Assembly (NCBI GenBank): GCA_036170235.1
Contig: JAVHOW010000016.1
Coordinates: forward strand, 5,511 to 69,510
Source: Minisyncoccota bacterium
Lineage (GTDB): Bacteria; Patescibacteriota; Minisyncoccia; Phycocordibacterales; PALSA-1337
Length of the DNA: 64,000 nt
Direction: 5' to 3'
Made by a program: the position numbers and the translations under genes
The notes under the pieces: generated by a model
What the model was told of the DNA's origin: nothing
The model's input: only the letters and a program-made list of their open reading frames with translations
Databases searched by the model: none
Shown: positions 39,822 through 49,502 of the stretch, one piece after another
Layout of the letters: the number at the start of each line of letters is the position of its first letter
Numbering within the stretch: position 1 is the stretch's first letter

Positions 39822-40403
39822 ATGTCATATAAAACAGTATCAGAATTAAATAAAGAATCTTACTCAACACTCAAGGAAAAGTTGGGACTTAAGAATCCGA
39901 TGCAAGCACCACGCCTGGTCAAAGTCGTGGTATCCAATGGTTTCGGTTCAGTAAAGGATAAGAAAAAGATTGAGCTCATCGCTGATCGTCTCGCCAAGAT
40001 CACTGGTCAGAAACCAGCTGTTCGTGCGACTAAGAAAGCTATCGCTACATTCAAGACTCGCCAAGGTGACGCTGTCGGCTATCAGATCACTCTTCGTGGT
40101 CCTCGCATGACAGAATTCCTCGATCGTCTCATCCACGTCGCTCTACCTCGCACCAAAGACTTCCGTGGTCTCGCTCGTACATCAGTTGACGCTATGGGAA
40201 ATTACACTATGGGTATAAAGGAGCACACTATTTTCCCCGAAACTTCCGATGAAGATTTGAAAGATGTCTTTGGTTTCGCTATTACGATTGTTACAACTTC
40301 CAGTGATAAAAAAGCGACGTTGGCGTTTCTAGAACATATTGGTATGCCATTGAAGAGGGAGCCCACCTCCGCTGAAGCTACGGAGGGCAAGGAGGTGAAG
40401 TAG
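39822..40403 (+). CDS. rplE: 50S protein uL5 with repeat-derived C-terminal tail
   Basis: ITGQKP, TLRG..M..FL.RL, LPR..DF.G, IFPE. Confidence 0.97.
   Translation: MSYKTVSELNKESYSTLKEKLGLKNPMQAPRLVKVVVSNGFGSVKDKKKIELIADRLAKITGQKPAVRATKKAIATFKTRQGDAVGYQITLRGPRMTEFLDRLIHVALPRTKDFRGLARTSVDAMGNYTMGIKEHTIFPETSDEDLKDVFGFAITIVTTSSDKKATLAFLEHIGMPLKREPTSAEATEGKEVK
40366..40393 (+). repeat. 28-bp palindromic repeat in rplE, identical to 56613-56640 in gyrB
   Basis: CCTCCGCTGAAGCTACGGAGGGCAAGGA. Confidence 0.9.
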
Positions 40404-40511
40404 GTTGTCTTAAATAAGTGGAAAATAGCCTTACAAAATAAGGTTATTTTTGTAAAAACACCCGTTCGGAAGGGTGTTTTTTTCTTTACTTAACTGATAA
40501 TTTTCTAACTA

Positions 40512-41588
40512 TTAAATCCCACTCGTCGTAGTACTCATAACCTGCCCTGAAGTCACAGTATTCCCACTAGCATCCACGGACTGGACCTTGAAATAGTAAG
40601 CTGTACTTGTAGCCAATCCCATGACTGAAATGGAGTGGTTCAGTGTTAGTGCACTATTGGTGATGAATGAAGTCGTACTTGCATTCACATCCAAAGGATT
40701 TGTACTCGAGTAGAACACCTTTGAAGTTGCGAGCTCATCAGTTGTCCAAACAATAGTTGTGGTTGAAGCGCCTGGAGTTGCAGTTAGAGCACTAATAACT
40801 GGAGGTGTGACATCAGCTGGAACAATTACACTGCCAGTATGAGCAGAGAATGTCGATGAAGTGGTCACGTTGCCAGATGTATCAGTTGATTCAATGACAA
40901 GGTAATAAGTCGTATTTGGTGTAAGTCCTGACAACGTAAGCAAGTGAGTCTTGGTAGTACTTGCATTGGAAACATACGAAGTCGTGCTTGCATTCAACAC
41001 AACAGGAAGAATTGTTGAATAATAGACGCGATCGGTTGTATTTTCATTTGTTTTCCAACCGACTTTGATGGTTGAAGTTCCGAGAACAGTCACAACGTTA
41101 CTGATGACTGGAACTTTGGTATCAGCCGATGGCGAGGAATTATTGCCATGGAACTTCTTATTGATACCGAATGGTAACCAGCAATTTAAAACATTGGTGT
41201 CAGAAGTACCATTATTCTTTATCCAACCAGGTGCGACCAGATGACCGTATGCCTTGAAACATTTGCCGAATGCAGAGTTTTTATTTGAATTTGAAGACGA
41301 ATCTTTTTCTGATTTTGATTCAGATTCATGTGAATTTGACCTTGTAGAAGTTGAAATATGAGAATTTAAATTGTTGGACTTTTTATCATGCTCAACTTCA
41401 CTATCTATATGATTCGAATTGGAATTTGAAGTAGAAACTGTTACCGAACGCTCGACACGGTTTTTGCCGTGGTCATTATTATTTTCTTTTTCATTCTTAT
41501 TATTTTCTTTAGCAAAACTAACTAGGGGACTCATGACAAGAGCGAGTGCGAGTGTGCCAATGGCGAAAGAGGTAATGTAATTTTTCAT
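40512..41588 (-). CDS. Secreted protein with two FN3-like domains
   Basis: Signal peptide, low-complexity linker, D.TPPVIS...W.T.E...GL...T.YY....S.D.SGN twice. Confidence 0.8.
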   Translation of the reverse strand: MKNYITSFAIGTLALALVMSPLVSFAKENNKNEKENNNDHGKNRVERSVTVSTSNSNSNHIDSEVEHDKKSNNLNSHISTSTRSNSHESESKSEKDSSSNSNKNSAFGKCFKAYGHLVAPGWIKNNGTSDTNVLNCWLPFGINKKFHGNNSSPSADTKVPVISNVVTVLGTSTIKVGWKTNENTTDRVYYSTILPVVLNASTTSYVSNASTTKTHLLTLSGLTPNTTYYLVIESTDTSGNVTTSSTFSAHTGSVIVPADVTPPVISALTATPGASTTTIVWTTDELATSKVFYSSTNPLDVNASTTSFITNSALTLNHSISVMGLATSTAYYFKVQSVDASGNTVTSGQVMSTTTSGI

Positions 41589-41674
41589 AAAAATTGTTAT
41601 GTGTAATTAATTTATAATCTACTTATAGTACTTTGTAATATTTGTCAGCTTAATAAAAGCCAACAGATTATATA

Positions 41675-41800
41675 AACGGACTAGAAACATAAACCTTACA
41701 TCGACACAACTGCACATTTATTGTATATTCTATTAGCACTCAACCTATCAGGAATTGCTGAAATTCGCAGAAAACGTAAGAATAGCGCCATTCATTCGTT
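41675..41800. promoter_or_regulatory. Two divergent ECF-type promoters GTAAG-N16-CGTT
   Basis: Minus copy 41699-41675; plus copy 41776-41800, 7 nt before the sigma ATG. Confidence 0.65.
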
Positions 41801-41807
41801 ACACATC

Positions 41808-42413
41808 ATGAATACCGATAATCATATAAACAAGCTCAGAAGCACCTTTACTGACATATACAACACAGAGGCAGATTCTTTGTTTCGTTTTTGTCTTATT
41901 CGAGTCAGCGATCGAGAACAAGCGCTTGATTTGGTTCAAGAAATATTCACTCGCTTTTGGCAGACAATGAATCAAGAAGGTCGGCACATAGACTATCCGC
42001 GAGCTTTTCTTTTCACAGTCGCACGGAATGCTATCATTGATTGGTATCGCAAAAAGAAAAGTATTTCTTTGGAAAGCATGGCTGATCCTGAAACAGATGA
42101 ACCGTATGAAGCAATTCAAGATTCAGATCTAATGGATAGTAAATTGGAAGGCGAGGGGCGATTCCTGATTTCTGCCATAAGTAAATTGAGTTCTGGTCAC
42201 CGCGACGCTATCTATCTCCGATTTGTTGAAGGATTGTCACCTCCAGAAATTGCCAAGATCTTGGGGATATCAACCAACGCAACATCAGTTAGAATTACCA
42301 GAGGAATTGAAGAATTACGGAAATTGACAGGATATGACATTGAGATCGATGGTGGAGATAATTTTTCTAAAGAAGGAGGTGCGGATACAGCAGATAAATT
42401 AGAGTCAAAATAA
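41808..42413 (+). CDS. ECF RNA polymerase sigma factor
   Basis: A.DLVQE.F...W, AFLFTVARN.IIDWYRK, LRFVEGLS..EIA.ILG. Confidence 0.92.
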   Translation: MNTDNHINKLRSTFTDIYNTEADSLFRFCLIRVSDREQALDLVQEIFTRFWQTMNQEGRHIDYPRAFLFTVARNAIIDWYRKKKSISLESMADPETDEPYEAIQDSDLMDSKLEGEGRFLISAISKLSSGHRDAIYLRFVEGLSPPEIAKILGISTNATSVRITRGIEELRKLTGYDIEIDGGDNFSKEGGADTADKLESK

Positions 42414-42417
42414 AAAC

Positions 42418-43509
42418 ATGAAAGACACACGATTCAACAAAGCAATAAAAGATATAAAGAATATATCCATGACATCTGCGGAAAAGCGAATGGTCTTTGA
42501 ATGTGTGATGAAGACTACGCCAATTAAAAGTACTTGGACTGTGTATTCTTTTGGTAAGTGGATACAGACGCATCGCTCAATTTCAGCTTTAGTGTTTATT
42601 GTAATTGTTATTTCGGCGGGAAATTCTGCCGTATTAGCCTCACGTAACACACTTCCTGGTGACACGCTTTATCCGATCAAAGTTAATATGGTTGAACCGA
42701 TTCGCGTTGCCTTTGCTCCAACTCCAAGGATTAAGGCGGAGATTCAGACTGAATTGGTACAGAGTCGTTTGCAAGAAGCAGAAACCTTGGCGGCGCGAGG
42801 TCAGCTCAATGATGGAAAAGAGCAAAGTTTAAATCAGCGTATTGATCAACAAGTTTCCGATTTGACTGCAAATATTAATGAAGTAAAAAAAACGTCACCT
42901 GAAAAAGCTGATGATATTAGTACGACGTTAGAAGCAAGCATCAATGCTCACACACGAATACTCGATGTTATTGCCGTCAATCGTGGTGAATCTCATAGTA
43001 ATAGCAAAGAAAATGGCGCCATTAACGTAGATGGAGCCGTTACGTCTGCTATGGTGGCATCGTCATCAATGTCAGAATCGACACAAACTTCAAGAACTTC
43101 TTTGAAACTTAATAAAAAGTCAGAATCAAAAGATGAGTCAAAGAACAATAAAAAGTATTCAAAAAGAAAAGAATCGGTGGAATCATTAATCCAATCAACA
43201 ACCGCTGATGTTGCAGGTGCGACTACAACAGCTACATCTTCATTACTTCAGGAAACTATAGTTAATGATGCGCGTATCAACCTTGATCATGCCCAAGAGA
43301 AACTACAAGAAGCTCAAAATCATAATAGTAATGGTAATTCTAGTGAAGCCTATTCGGCACTGATTGATTCTGAACGCGCCACAAAAGAGGCGGCGTTGTT
43401 TATAAAGGCTACATCACGACTGGAGAAGGAGGTAAAAAATGAGGAGATAAATGCTTCTTCACATGGGAACAATAATGTCCAAGGTGGTCAATCGGGTAAA
43501 GTGGAATAA
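42418..43509 (+). CDS. Putative anti-sigma factor (DUF5667-like)
   Basis: Single TM then LPGD.LYPIK...E...RL.EA..L; follows the ECF gene. Confidence 0.75.
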   Translation: MKDTRFNKAIKDIKNISMTSAEKRMVFECVMKTTPIKSTWTVYSFGKWIQTHRSISALVFIVIVISAGNSAVLASRNTLPGDTLYPIKVNMVEPIRVAFAPTPRIKAEIQTELVQSRLQEAETLAARGQLNDGKEQSLNQRIDQQVSDLTANINEVKKTSPEKADDISTTLEASINAHTRILDVIAVNRGESHSNSKENGAINVDGAVTSAMVASSSMSESTQTSRTSLKLNKKSESKDESKNNKKYSKRKESVESLIQSTTADVAGATTTATSSLLQETIVNDARINLDHAQEKLQEAQNHNSNGNSSEAYSALIDSERATKEAALFIKATSRLEKEVKNEEINASSHGNNNVQGGQSGKVE

Positions 43510-43672
43510 GGCGGACTGACTAACCTCACATACATACTGCACTCATTAATCAAATGGGCGCAAAATGAAAATACACTCAAAATATCGAGGGATTAAGGGG
43601 TTTGTGGCGTAGATTGTTTTTGGGAACATTGAAATAAACCAACGAAAAAACCAATAAACGAAAGAGAAACTT

Positions 43673-44187
43673 ATGGCCCATGTTATCGAATGTAGATTTT
43701 GTGATGGTACATCATTAAACCATGACCACGATGAATGTGCTCAAGAGTTTGGTTTGAGCGTGGAGCGGAGAATTTTAGAACACACAACTAGATATCTTGA
43801 AACTCCTTTACCGCAAACGATTATTAACGAGCTCAAAAGTGATTGTTGGAAATGGTACCTGGAATATCTCGATCTTATATATTTCCACAAGTTAATTATT
43901 CCCATCTTATTCAAAATAGAACAGGATCACATTATGAAGATAGGAGATATAGAAGCCACATTGAACGCAAATCTGCTGATTTCGTTGTTTGTGATAAAAA
44001 GACATGTGTACCATGTTTAGTTATTGATATTGATGGAAGTGTACATAATAGATTAGATATACATGAAAAAGATGCAGAGATAAATCAAATACTTAATGCT
44101 ATTGGGTTACCAATATTACGTTTAACCAATGAAGATTCAAGGGATAGAGAACTTGTTAAAAACAAAGTCTTTGGAATGATTAAGTAG
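43673..44187 (+). pseudogene. DUF2726 (PD-(D/E)xK-like) gene split over two frames
   Basis: IFPQV, ADFVV.D, LVI.IDG..H, D....N..L...GLPILR lie in the second frame, which has TGA directly before its TTG. Confidence 0.55.
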
Positions 44188-44304
44188 TCAACCAATAATG
44201 GGTAGTTATAAATTTGACTTTCGAAATATTTTTTGCTAATATAATTCAAGTTACTAGTCGCCAATAATTGGCAATTGAACCCGCCCACAAGGCGGGTTCC
44301 GACA

Positions 44305-44718
44305 TTACACCAAATCTTTCATGTACCTCCTTATTACCTGAAAATCTTCGTAAGAAATAGTGTCAATGTAGCGATCTAATCTTTTAGTGCTGACTAAGCG
44401 TAATTGATGGATCTTTGCCACACGAGTAATACCACCGCAAATAAAAGTGTAATGAATTCTGCTTTCTTTTGGCCACTTTTTTGTTGTGAGAGGAATAATC
44501 CATAAAGTCTCATCAGTAAATATACGAAATATAATCACTGGTCTGATAAAATTATCACCTTTACCATCCTCTTCACTACCGATATTGCAACCAAGAAAAC
44601 ACCACCAGATATCCCTTTCCTTGAATATGAGTCTTTCTTTTTTATCATGAACAATTTTTTTCTTTATGTTCCATGAATCAAAGTTCTTTATATGTTGTTT
44701 TGCTATTCTTGTATCCAT
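44305..44718 (-). CDS. PemK/MazF-like toxin, no adjacent antitoxin
   Basis: DIWW..LG.NIGSE.DGK...RPV.I, IPLTTK, Q.R.VS..RL. Confidence 0.85.
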   Translation of the reverse strand: MDTRIAKQHIKNFDSWNIKKKIVHDKKERLIFKERDIWWCFLGCNIGSEEDGKGDNFIRPVIIFRIFTDETLWIIPLTTKKWPKESRIHYTFICGGITRVAKIHQLRLVSTKRLDRYIDTISYEDFQVIRRYMKDLV

Positions 44719-44724
44719 CTTCCA

Positions 44725-44856
44725 ACTCTATCAAACCAGAATGAAGAAACACTGAAGAAACGATAAGGATGACCTTCTTTCAGCTTCGACTCGGATGTTG
44801 TGCCTGCGAGCAGTCACACATCCTCGCTTGCTGAAATAAAGAAACAGTGAAGATTT
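44725..44856 (-). promoter_or_regulatory. 11-bp-period cassette, copy 3, split by a ~70-bp hairpin insertion
   Basis: 44740-44766 identical to the other copies; repeat resumes at 44837; -10 TAGAGT 6 nt before the MazF ATG. Confidence 0.7.
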
Positions 44857-44862
44857 TCAAAT

Positions 44863-44891
44863 TTGACTTCCTCACACCCATTTGTTAGTAT
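44863..44891 (+). promoter_or_regulatory. Promoter restarting the spc cluster at rpsN
   Basis: TTGACT-17-TAGTAT with TG extension. Confidence 0.7.
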
Positions 44892-45040
44892 ATCCACACC
44901 TTCATAAACCAAGGTTTTTCATACAAAACAGTGATTGGAAGCACACCCTTAACGGGATAGCTAACCAGTCCTCATTTTTTTGAGAAAAATTGCAAGCAAG
45001 TCACTTGAAAGAGTGCGTCGCCAACCCAAAATATCACCTT

Positions 45041-45226
45041 ATGGCAAAAACATCAGTCATCGTACGATCCCAAAAGAAGCCGAAATTCAAGTCGCGCGTC
45101 GTTCGACGTTGTTTCCGATGTGGACGTAAGCGCGGATATATGAGAGATTTCGATCTCTGCCGTATTTGTTTCCGAGAATTCGCAAACGAAGGTGTGATTC
45201 CTGGCATCAAGAAGTCTTCATGGTAA
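45041..45226 (+). CDS. rpsN: 30S protein uS14, zinc-binding type
   Basis: [20 protein letters not shown]. Confidence 0.96.
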   Translation: MAKTSVIVRSQKKPKFKSRVVRRCFRCGRKRGYMRDFDLCRICFREFANEGVIPGIKKSSW

Positions 45227-45264
45227 TAACTAATTTTTTCATTTTCCACTTTTAATTAACTATT

Positions 45265-45651
45265 ATGGTAACCGATTCTGTATCAAACCTCATAATTCGC
45301 ATCAAGAATGCCAGCGACGCAAAGAAAGCTTTGGTTGCTGTTCCAAATACAAAGTTGGTTGAAAATATCGCGCACGCACTGAAAAAGACGGGCTACATTT
45401 CTAGTGTCCAAAAAAATAAAGACACTCGCGAGCTTGAGATTGGAATCGTTTATTTCGATGGAGCCCCTCGTATCAACGGTGTTGAGCGTATTTCCAAATC
45501 ATCTCGCCGCGTATACATGAAAGCCAACGACATTCGCGTTTTTCGCAGTGGTTTCGGTAACACATTTCTTTCAACTCCAAAAGGCATAATGGTTGACATG
45601 GATGCCAAGAAACTAAAGGTCGGTGGGGAAGTCTTATTCAAGATTTGGTAA
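45265..45651 (+). CDS. rpsH: 30S protein uS8
   Basis: RI.NA, RISK.SRRVY, STPKG, GGEV. Confidence 0.96.
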   Translation: MVTDSVSNLIIRIKNASDAKKALVAVPNTKLVENIAHALKKTGYISSVQKNKDTRELEIGIVYFDGAPRINGVERISKSSRRVYMKANDIRVFRSGFGNTFLSTPKGIMVDMDAKKLKVGGEVLFKIW

Positions 45652-45673
45652 TATTTAATTTTCATTAACTAAT

Positions 45674-46207
45674 ATGTCACGCATTGCCAAAAAACCAATA
45701 ACTATTCCACCAAAGACCGAAGCTTCTTTTTCAGGCGGTGTCATGACCGTTAAAGGTCCTTTGGGCACCTTGACCAAAACATTCCGTCCATATATCAACG
45801 TTGTTGTTGAAAATGGCGCTATCACACTTACACCAAACGTCAAATCATTGCAGTCACGCGCTCTTTGGGGCACTTATGCTTCTCATATAAAAAATATGCT
45901 TACAGGTGTTAATAAGGCATATGAAAAGAAGCTTGTCGTCGAAGGCATTGGTTTCAAAGCTGACGTCAAGGGCACCAATCTTGTCATGGCTCTTGGTTTT
46001 TCACATCCTGTTTCAGTTCCTATTCCAGCTGATCTCAAAGTTACTACCGAAAAGAACAATGTTATTGTATCTGGTATGGATTGTGAGAAAGTCGGACAGT
46101 TTGCCGCAGTTGTTCGCGCCTCAAAGAAGCCAGAACCATATCTCGGAAAGGGTATTCGATACTCTGATGAGGTTATCAGACGTAAGCAAGGCAAGAAGGC
46201 GGCATAA
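45674..46207 (+). CDS. rplF: 50S protein uL6
   Basis: MSRI.K.PI, KGPLG, PEPY.GKGIRY. Confidence 0.97.
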   Translation: MSRIAKKPITIPPKTEASFSGGVMTVKGPLGTLTKTFRPYINVVVENGAITLTPNVKSLQSRALWGTYASHIKNMLTGVNKAYEKKLVVEGIGFKADVKGTNLVMALGFSHPVSVPIPADLKVTTEKNNVIVSGMDCEKVGQFAAVVRASKKPEPYLGKGIRYSDEVIRRKQGKKAA

Positions 46208-46254
46208 AACGAATTACGAATAACGATTCAAGATTCAAGAATACAAACAAAAAC

Positions 46255-46605
46255 ATGAACACACTTCAAACAAAACAGAAAATATTCGCACGCAGAAAGA
46301 CACGTATTCGTGCCAAGATTTCTGGTACCTCGGAACGTCCTCGTTTGGCTATTTTCAAATCACACAAGTATATATACGCTCAAGTTATTGATGATAACAA
46401 AGGACATACGCTTGCCGCTTTCAATTCACGCATGTCAAAGGCCAAGACTCCGGTTGAGCGCGCGAAAGACGTTGGTATCGAGATTGCCAAGAAGGCAAAA
46501 GCCGCTAAAGTCACCAAAGTCGTCTTTGATCGTGGTGGATATATTTATACCGGCAAAATCAAAATGGTCGCTGATGCCGCTCGTGAAGGAGGACTTCAAT
46601 TTTAG
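46255..46605 (+). CDS. rplR: 50S protein uL18
   Basis: RPRL, IYAQVIDD, VFDRGGY.Y.G, AREGGL.F. Confidence 0.97.
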   Translation: MNTLQTKQKIFARRKTRIRAKISGTSERPRLAIFKSHKYIYAQVIDDNKGHTLAAFNSRMSKAKTPVERAKDVGIEIAKKAKAAKVTKVVFDRGGYIYTGKIKMVADAAREGGLQF

Positions 46606-46657
46606 AACATAATACGAATCCACGAATTATACGAATGCCACAAATAACACAACTACT

Positions 46658-47428
46658 ATGACAGCAAAAGAAATCAAAACAAATAACGATTCATCTCAAG
46701 TAAAAATTCCAGCGACTGGTATTGATGTTGCTGAAGTCGTTTCTTCTACTACTGACAGTTCTTTAGATGTGGCAACTGAAGCCAAAGATGTTGCTTCGGA
46801 AGTTGCCCCAGTTGCCAACAAAATCACTCCAGGTCGCAAAATGCGTGGTGATCCAGCTCGCCGTGGAGGTTCTAGTGGTCCACAAAATCGTGGAGGTCAA
46901 CGTGGTGGAGGTGGTCGTGGCGGGGAAACACGTGAGCGCATCAAACCAGAGTTTGATTCTAAAATTATCGACATTCGTCGTGTGACTCGTGTGACATCCG
47001 GTGGTCGTCGCATGAATTTCAGTGTTGCCGTTGTTGCTGGTGACCGCAAGGGTCGCGTTGGTGTCGGTCTTGGTAAGAGTATCGATACTGCATCTGCAGT
47101 TGAAAAGGCTACTCGTGAAGCCAAGAAAAACCTCATTAAAGTTCCATTGTCGGCCCAGATGACTATTCCTCACGCTGTTGAAGCCAAGTTTGCCAGTGCT
47201 CGAATCATGATTTTCCCAGCTCGTGGACGTGGTGTGGTTGCAGGTAGCTCGGCTCGCGCAGTTATCGAGTTGGCTGGTATTCGCGATGTTTGTGCCAAGT
47301 TCATTTCTGGAAGTAAGAATCGTTTGAATAATGCCAAGGTTGCAATTGAAGCCTTAAAAAAGTTGAGTAAGGTTAGTCGCGCATCGCTTACAACAAAGCC
47401 AGAAAATAAAAAGGGCGCATCAGTATAA
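46658..47428 (+). CDS. rpsE: 30S protein uS5 with long N-terminal extension
   Basis: RRVTRV..GGRR, VAGDRKGRVG.G.GK. Confidence 0.96.
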   Translation: MTAKEIKTNNDSSQVKIPATGIDVAEVVSSTTDSSLDVATEAKDVASEVAPVANKITPGRKMRGDPARRGGSSGPQNRGGQRGGGGRGGETRERIKPEFDSKIIDIRRVTRVTSGGRRMNFSVAVVAGDRKGRVGVGLGKSIDTASAVEKATREAKKNLIKVPLSAQMTIPHAVEAKFASARIMIFPARGRGVVAGSSARAVIELAGIRDVCAKFISGSKNRLNNAKVAIEALKKLSKVSRASLTTKPENKKGASV

Positions 47429-47443
47429 TTTTAATTAAACATC

Positions 47444-47995
47444 ATGCAATTCCATCAACTAAAACGAAATAATCCAAACATGAAGCGCATCACCGTTGCG
47501 CGTGGTGGTAAGCGTGGCAAGACTTCAGGTCGTGGAGGTAAGGGTCAGTCAGCTCGTGCCGGTAACAAGCGTCGTCCAGAATGGCGTGACATCATCAAGA
47601 AGCTACCGAAGTTGCGTGGTCGTGGCGTCAATCAAAACAAGCCAGTCTCTTCTGCTTTGATCATAGTTAATATTGCCGCTTTGGAAAAAGTATTCTCCGC
47701 TAATGACGCGATTACTCCAACCATTCTTGTTGAAAAAGGTCTTGTAGCAAAATTATCTGGAGTTATGCCTATGGTCAAAATTTTAGGTGATGGGGAAGTT
47801 ACCAAGGCCTTCAAAATTTCTGGCTGTACTATTTCCGTATCAGCAAAGGAGAAGATTGAGAAAGCTGGCGGTTCAGTGGTAGCGCTTCCTTCACGTGTAG
47901 TTCCAAAGCAGAAGGGTCCAACCCATGAAAATGACAAGAATACTGCTCCAGTCAAGGTTGAGAAAAAAGAAGTAAAAAAAGAGAAGAAGTTATAA
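47444..47995 (+). CDS. rplO: 50S protein uL15
   Basis: RGGKRGKTSGRG.KGQ.AR, VKILG.G, KIEKAGG. Confidence 0.95.
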   Translation: MQFHQLKRNNPNMKRITVARGGKRGKTSGRGGKGQSARAGNKRRPEWRDIIKKLPKLRGRGVNQNKPVSSALIIVNIAALEKVFSANDAITPTILVEKGLVAKLSGVMPMVKILGDGEVTKAFKISGCTISVSAKEKIEKAGGSVVALPSRVVPKQKGPTHENDKNTAPVKVEKKEVKKEKKL

Positions 47996-48048
47996 TTCAC
48001 AGTCTCCATTTGAATGATATAATAAAGAGTAATTGAAACTACAACAAT

Positions 48049-49320
48049 ATGAAAAACTTTTGGGATAAAATTTCAATAGCACTCAAAGACGCAGTCTTAC
48101 GAAAAAGAGTTGGTTTTACTATTCTTGCTCTTGTGCTGTTTCGTCTTTTAGCAACAATTCCAATTCCCGGTGTTAATGCTCAAAATCTTTCAACATTGCT
48201 CAATTCAAGCCAATTTTTTGGTTTCTTGAACATTTTTTCAGGTGGCGGACTTTCCAATCTTTCTATTGTCATGCTTGGTGTAGGACCATTCATCACCGCG
48301 ACTATCGTTATTCAGCTTTTGACTATGATGTTTCCAAAATGGAAAGCACTAATGCACGATGAAGGTGAGGCTGGTCGCATGAAACTTTCCAATTATTCAC
48401 GTTGGGGTTCGATTCCTCTAGCAGTTCTGTCAGCTGTCGGATTTCTTACATTACTGCAATCACAGAATGTATTGCCAGCCCTTGGAACATTTTCTTTTAT
48501 AATAAATGTTGTCGTTATTACCGCTGGATCAACGCTACTTATGTGGATTGGTGAACTTATTTCCGAATTTGGTATTGGTAATGGCGTCTCGCTCATTATT
48601 TTTGCTGGTATCGTTTCAGTATTGCCGAGTAAAATTACTCAATTCTTCGCGAGTTATGATTCAGCCAACATACCGGTTTATGCCGCGGCTTTAGTCATCG
48701 GACTAGTCGTTATTGCAGGTGTAGTTTTTATTACCGAAGCAGAACGATCTGTGCCAGTGACTTATGCCAAGCAAGTCCGTGGAAATAAAGTCTACGGTGG
48801 TGCTTCAACATATCTTCCATTGCGTCTGAACCAAGCAGGTGTTATTCCGATAATTTTTGCTCTTTCTATTCTTCTTTTTCCTCAAATTATTTCAAACTTC
48901 TTATCTCATGTTTCGAACACAACGATTGCAGATTATGCGGTCGCATTTACAACATTCTTCAATAATCCATGGGTATATGGCGGCTTCTACTTCATTCTAG
49001 TTGTGGCCTTCACTTACTTCTATACCGCCGTTACATTCGATCCAAAACTAATTTCAGAGAACCTCCAGCGTTCAGGAGCATTCATCCCTGGCGTCCGTCC
49101 AGGAGAGCACACTCGTGACTATTTGGCGGCTATTGTGACCCGCATAACACTGGTTGGAGCATTGTTCCTTGGTATTATCGCTATCTTGCCTCTGATCATG
49201 CAAGCATTCACCGCCAACAAATCTCTAGCGATCGGCGGTACAGCGCTCCTCATCGTGGTTTCAGTTGTGCTCGATTTGCTCAAGAAGATTGATGCGCAAG
49301 TAAGTATGAGGGAGTATTAG
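48049..49320 (+). CDS. secY: Preprotein translocase SecY
   Basis: LGVGPFITA.I, GIGNG.SLIIF.GI, AGVIPIIFA, IPGVRPG. Confidence 0.97.
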   Translation: MKNFWDKISIALKDAVLRKRVGFTILALVLFRLLATIPIPGVNAQNLSTLLNSSQFFGFLNIFSGGGLSNLSIVMLGVGPFITATIVIQLLTMMFPKWKALMHDEGEAGRMKLSNYSRWGSIPLAVLSAVGFLTLLQSQNVLPALGTFSFIINVVVITAGSTLLMWIGELISEFGIGNGVSLIIFAGIVSVLPSKITQFFASYDSANIPVYAAALVIGLVVIAGVVFITEAERSVPVTYAKQVRGNKVYGGASTYLPLRLNQAGVIPIIFALSILLFPQIISNFLSHVSNTTIADYAVAFTTFFNNPWVYGGFYFILVVAFTYFYTAVTFDPKLISENLQRSGAFIPGVRPGEHTRDYLAAIVTRITLVGALFLGIIAILPLIMQAFTANKSLAIGGTALLIVVSVVLDLLKKIDAQVSMREY

Positions 49321-49502
49321 GAAGATTGTTATTTGTAAAAATGAAATATAAGCAAAACAAAATCCCGTTCAAAAACGGGATTTTGCGAGGTTTACCTTCA
49401 TAATTTGGATTCCTCCCCTTGTCAGTTTTATAAGTATAGGCTATTTAAATAAAAAATCAAATTTGACTCCCACCCCCAATTCTGATAGTCTATATTCTAC
49501 CT

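Noticed and set aside
43840-43842. TGA recoding (genetic code 25) to explain the DUF2726 split
   Set aside because: That frame has a TAA a few codons further upstream, core genes have no internal TGA, and TGA ends ddl and the CYTH gene
47428-47444. Absence of rpmD (uL30) as a novelty
   Set aside because: Established trait of Patescibacteria; used only as a taxonomic clue
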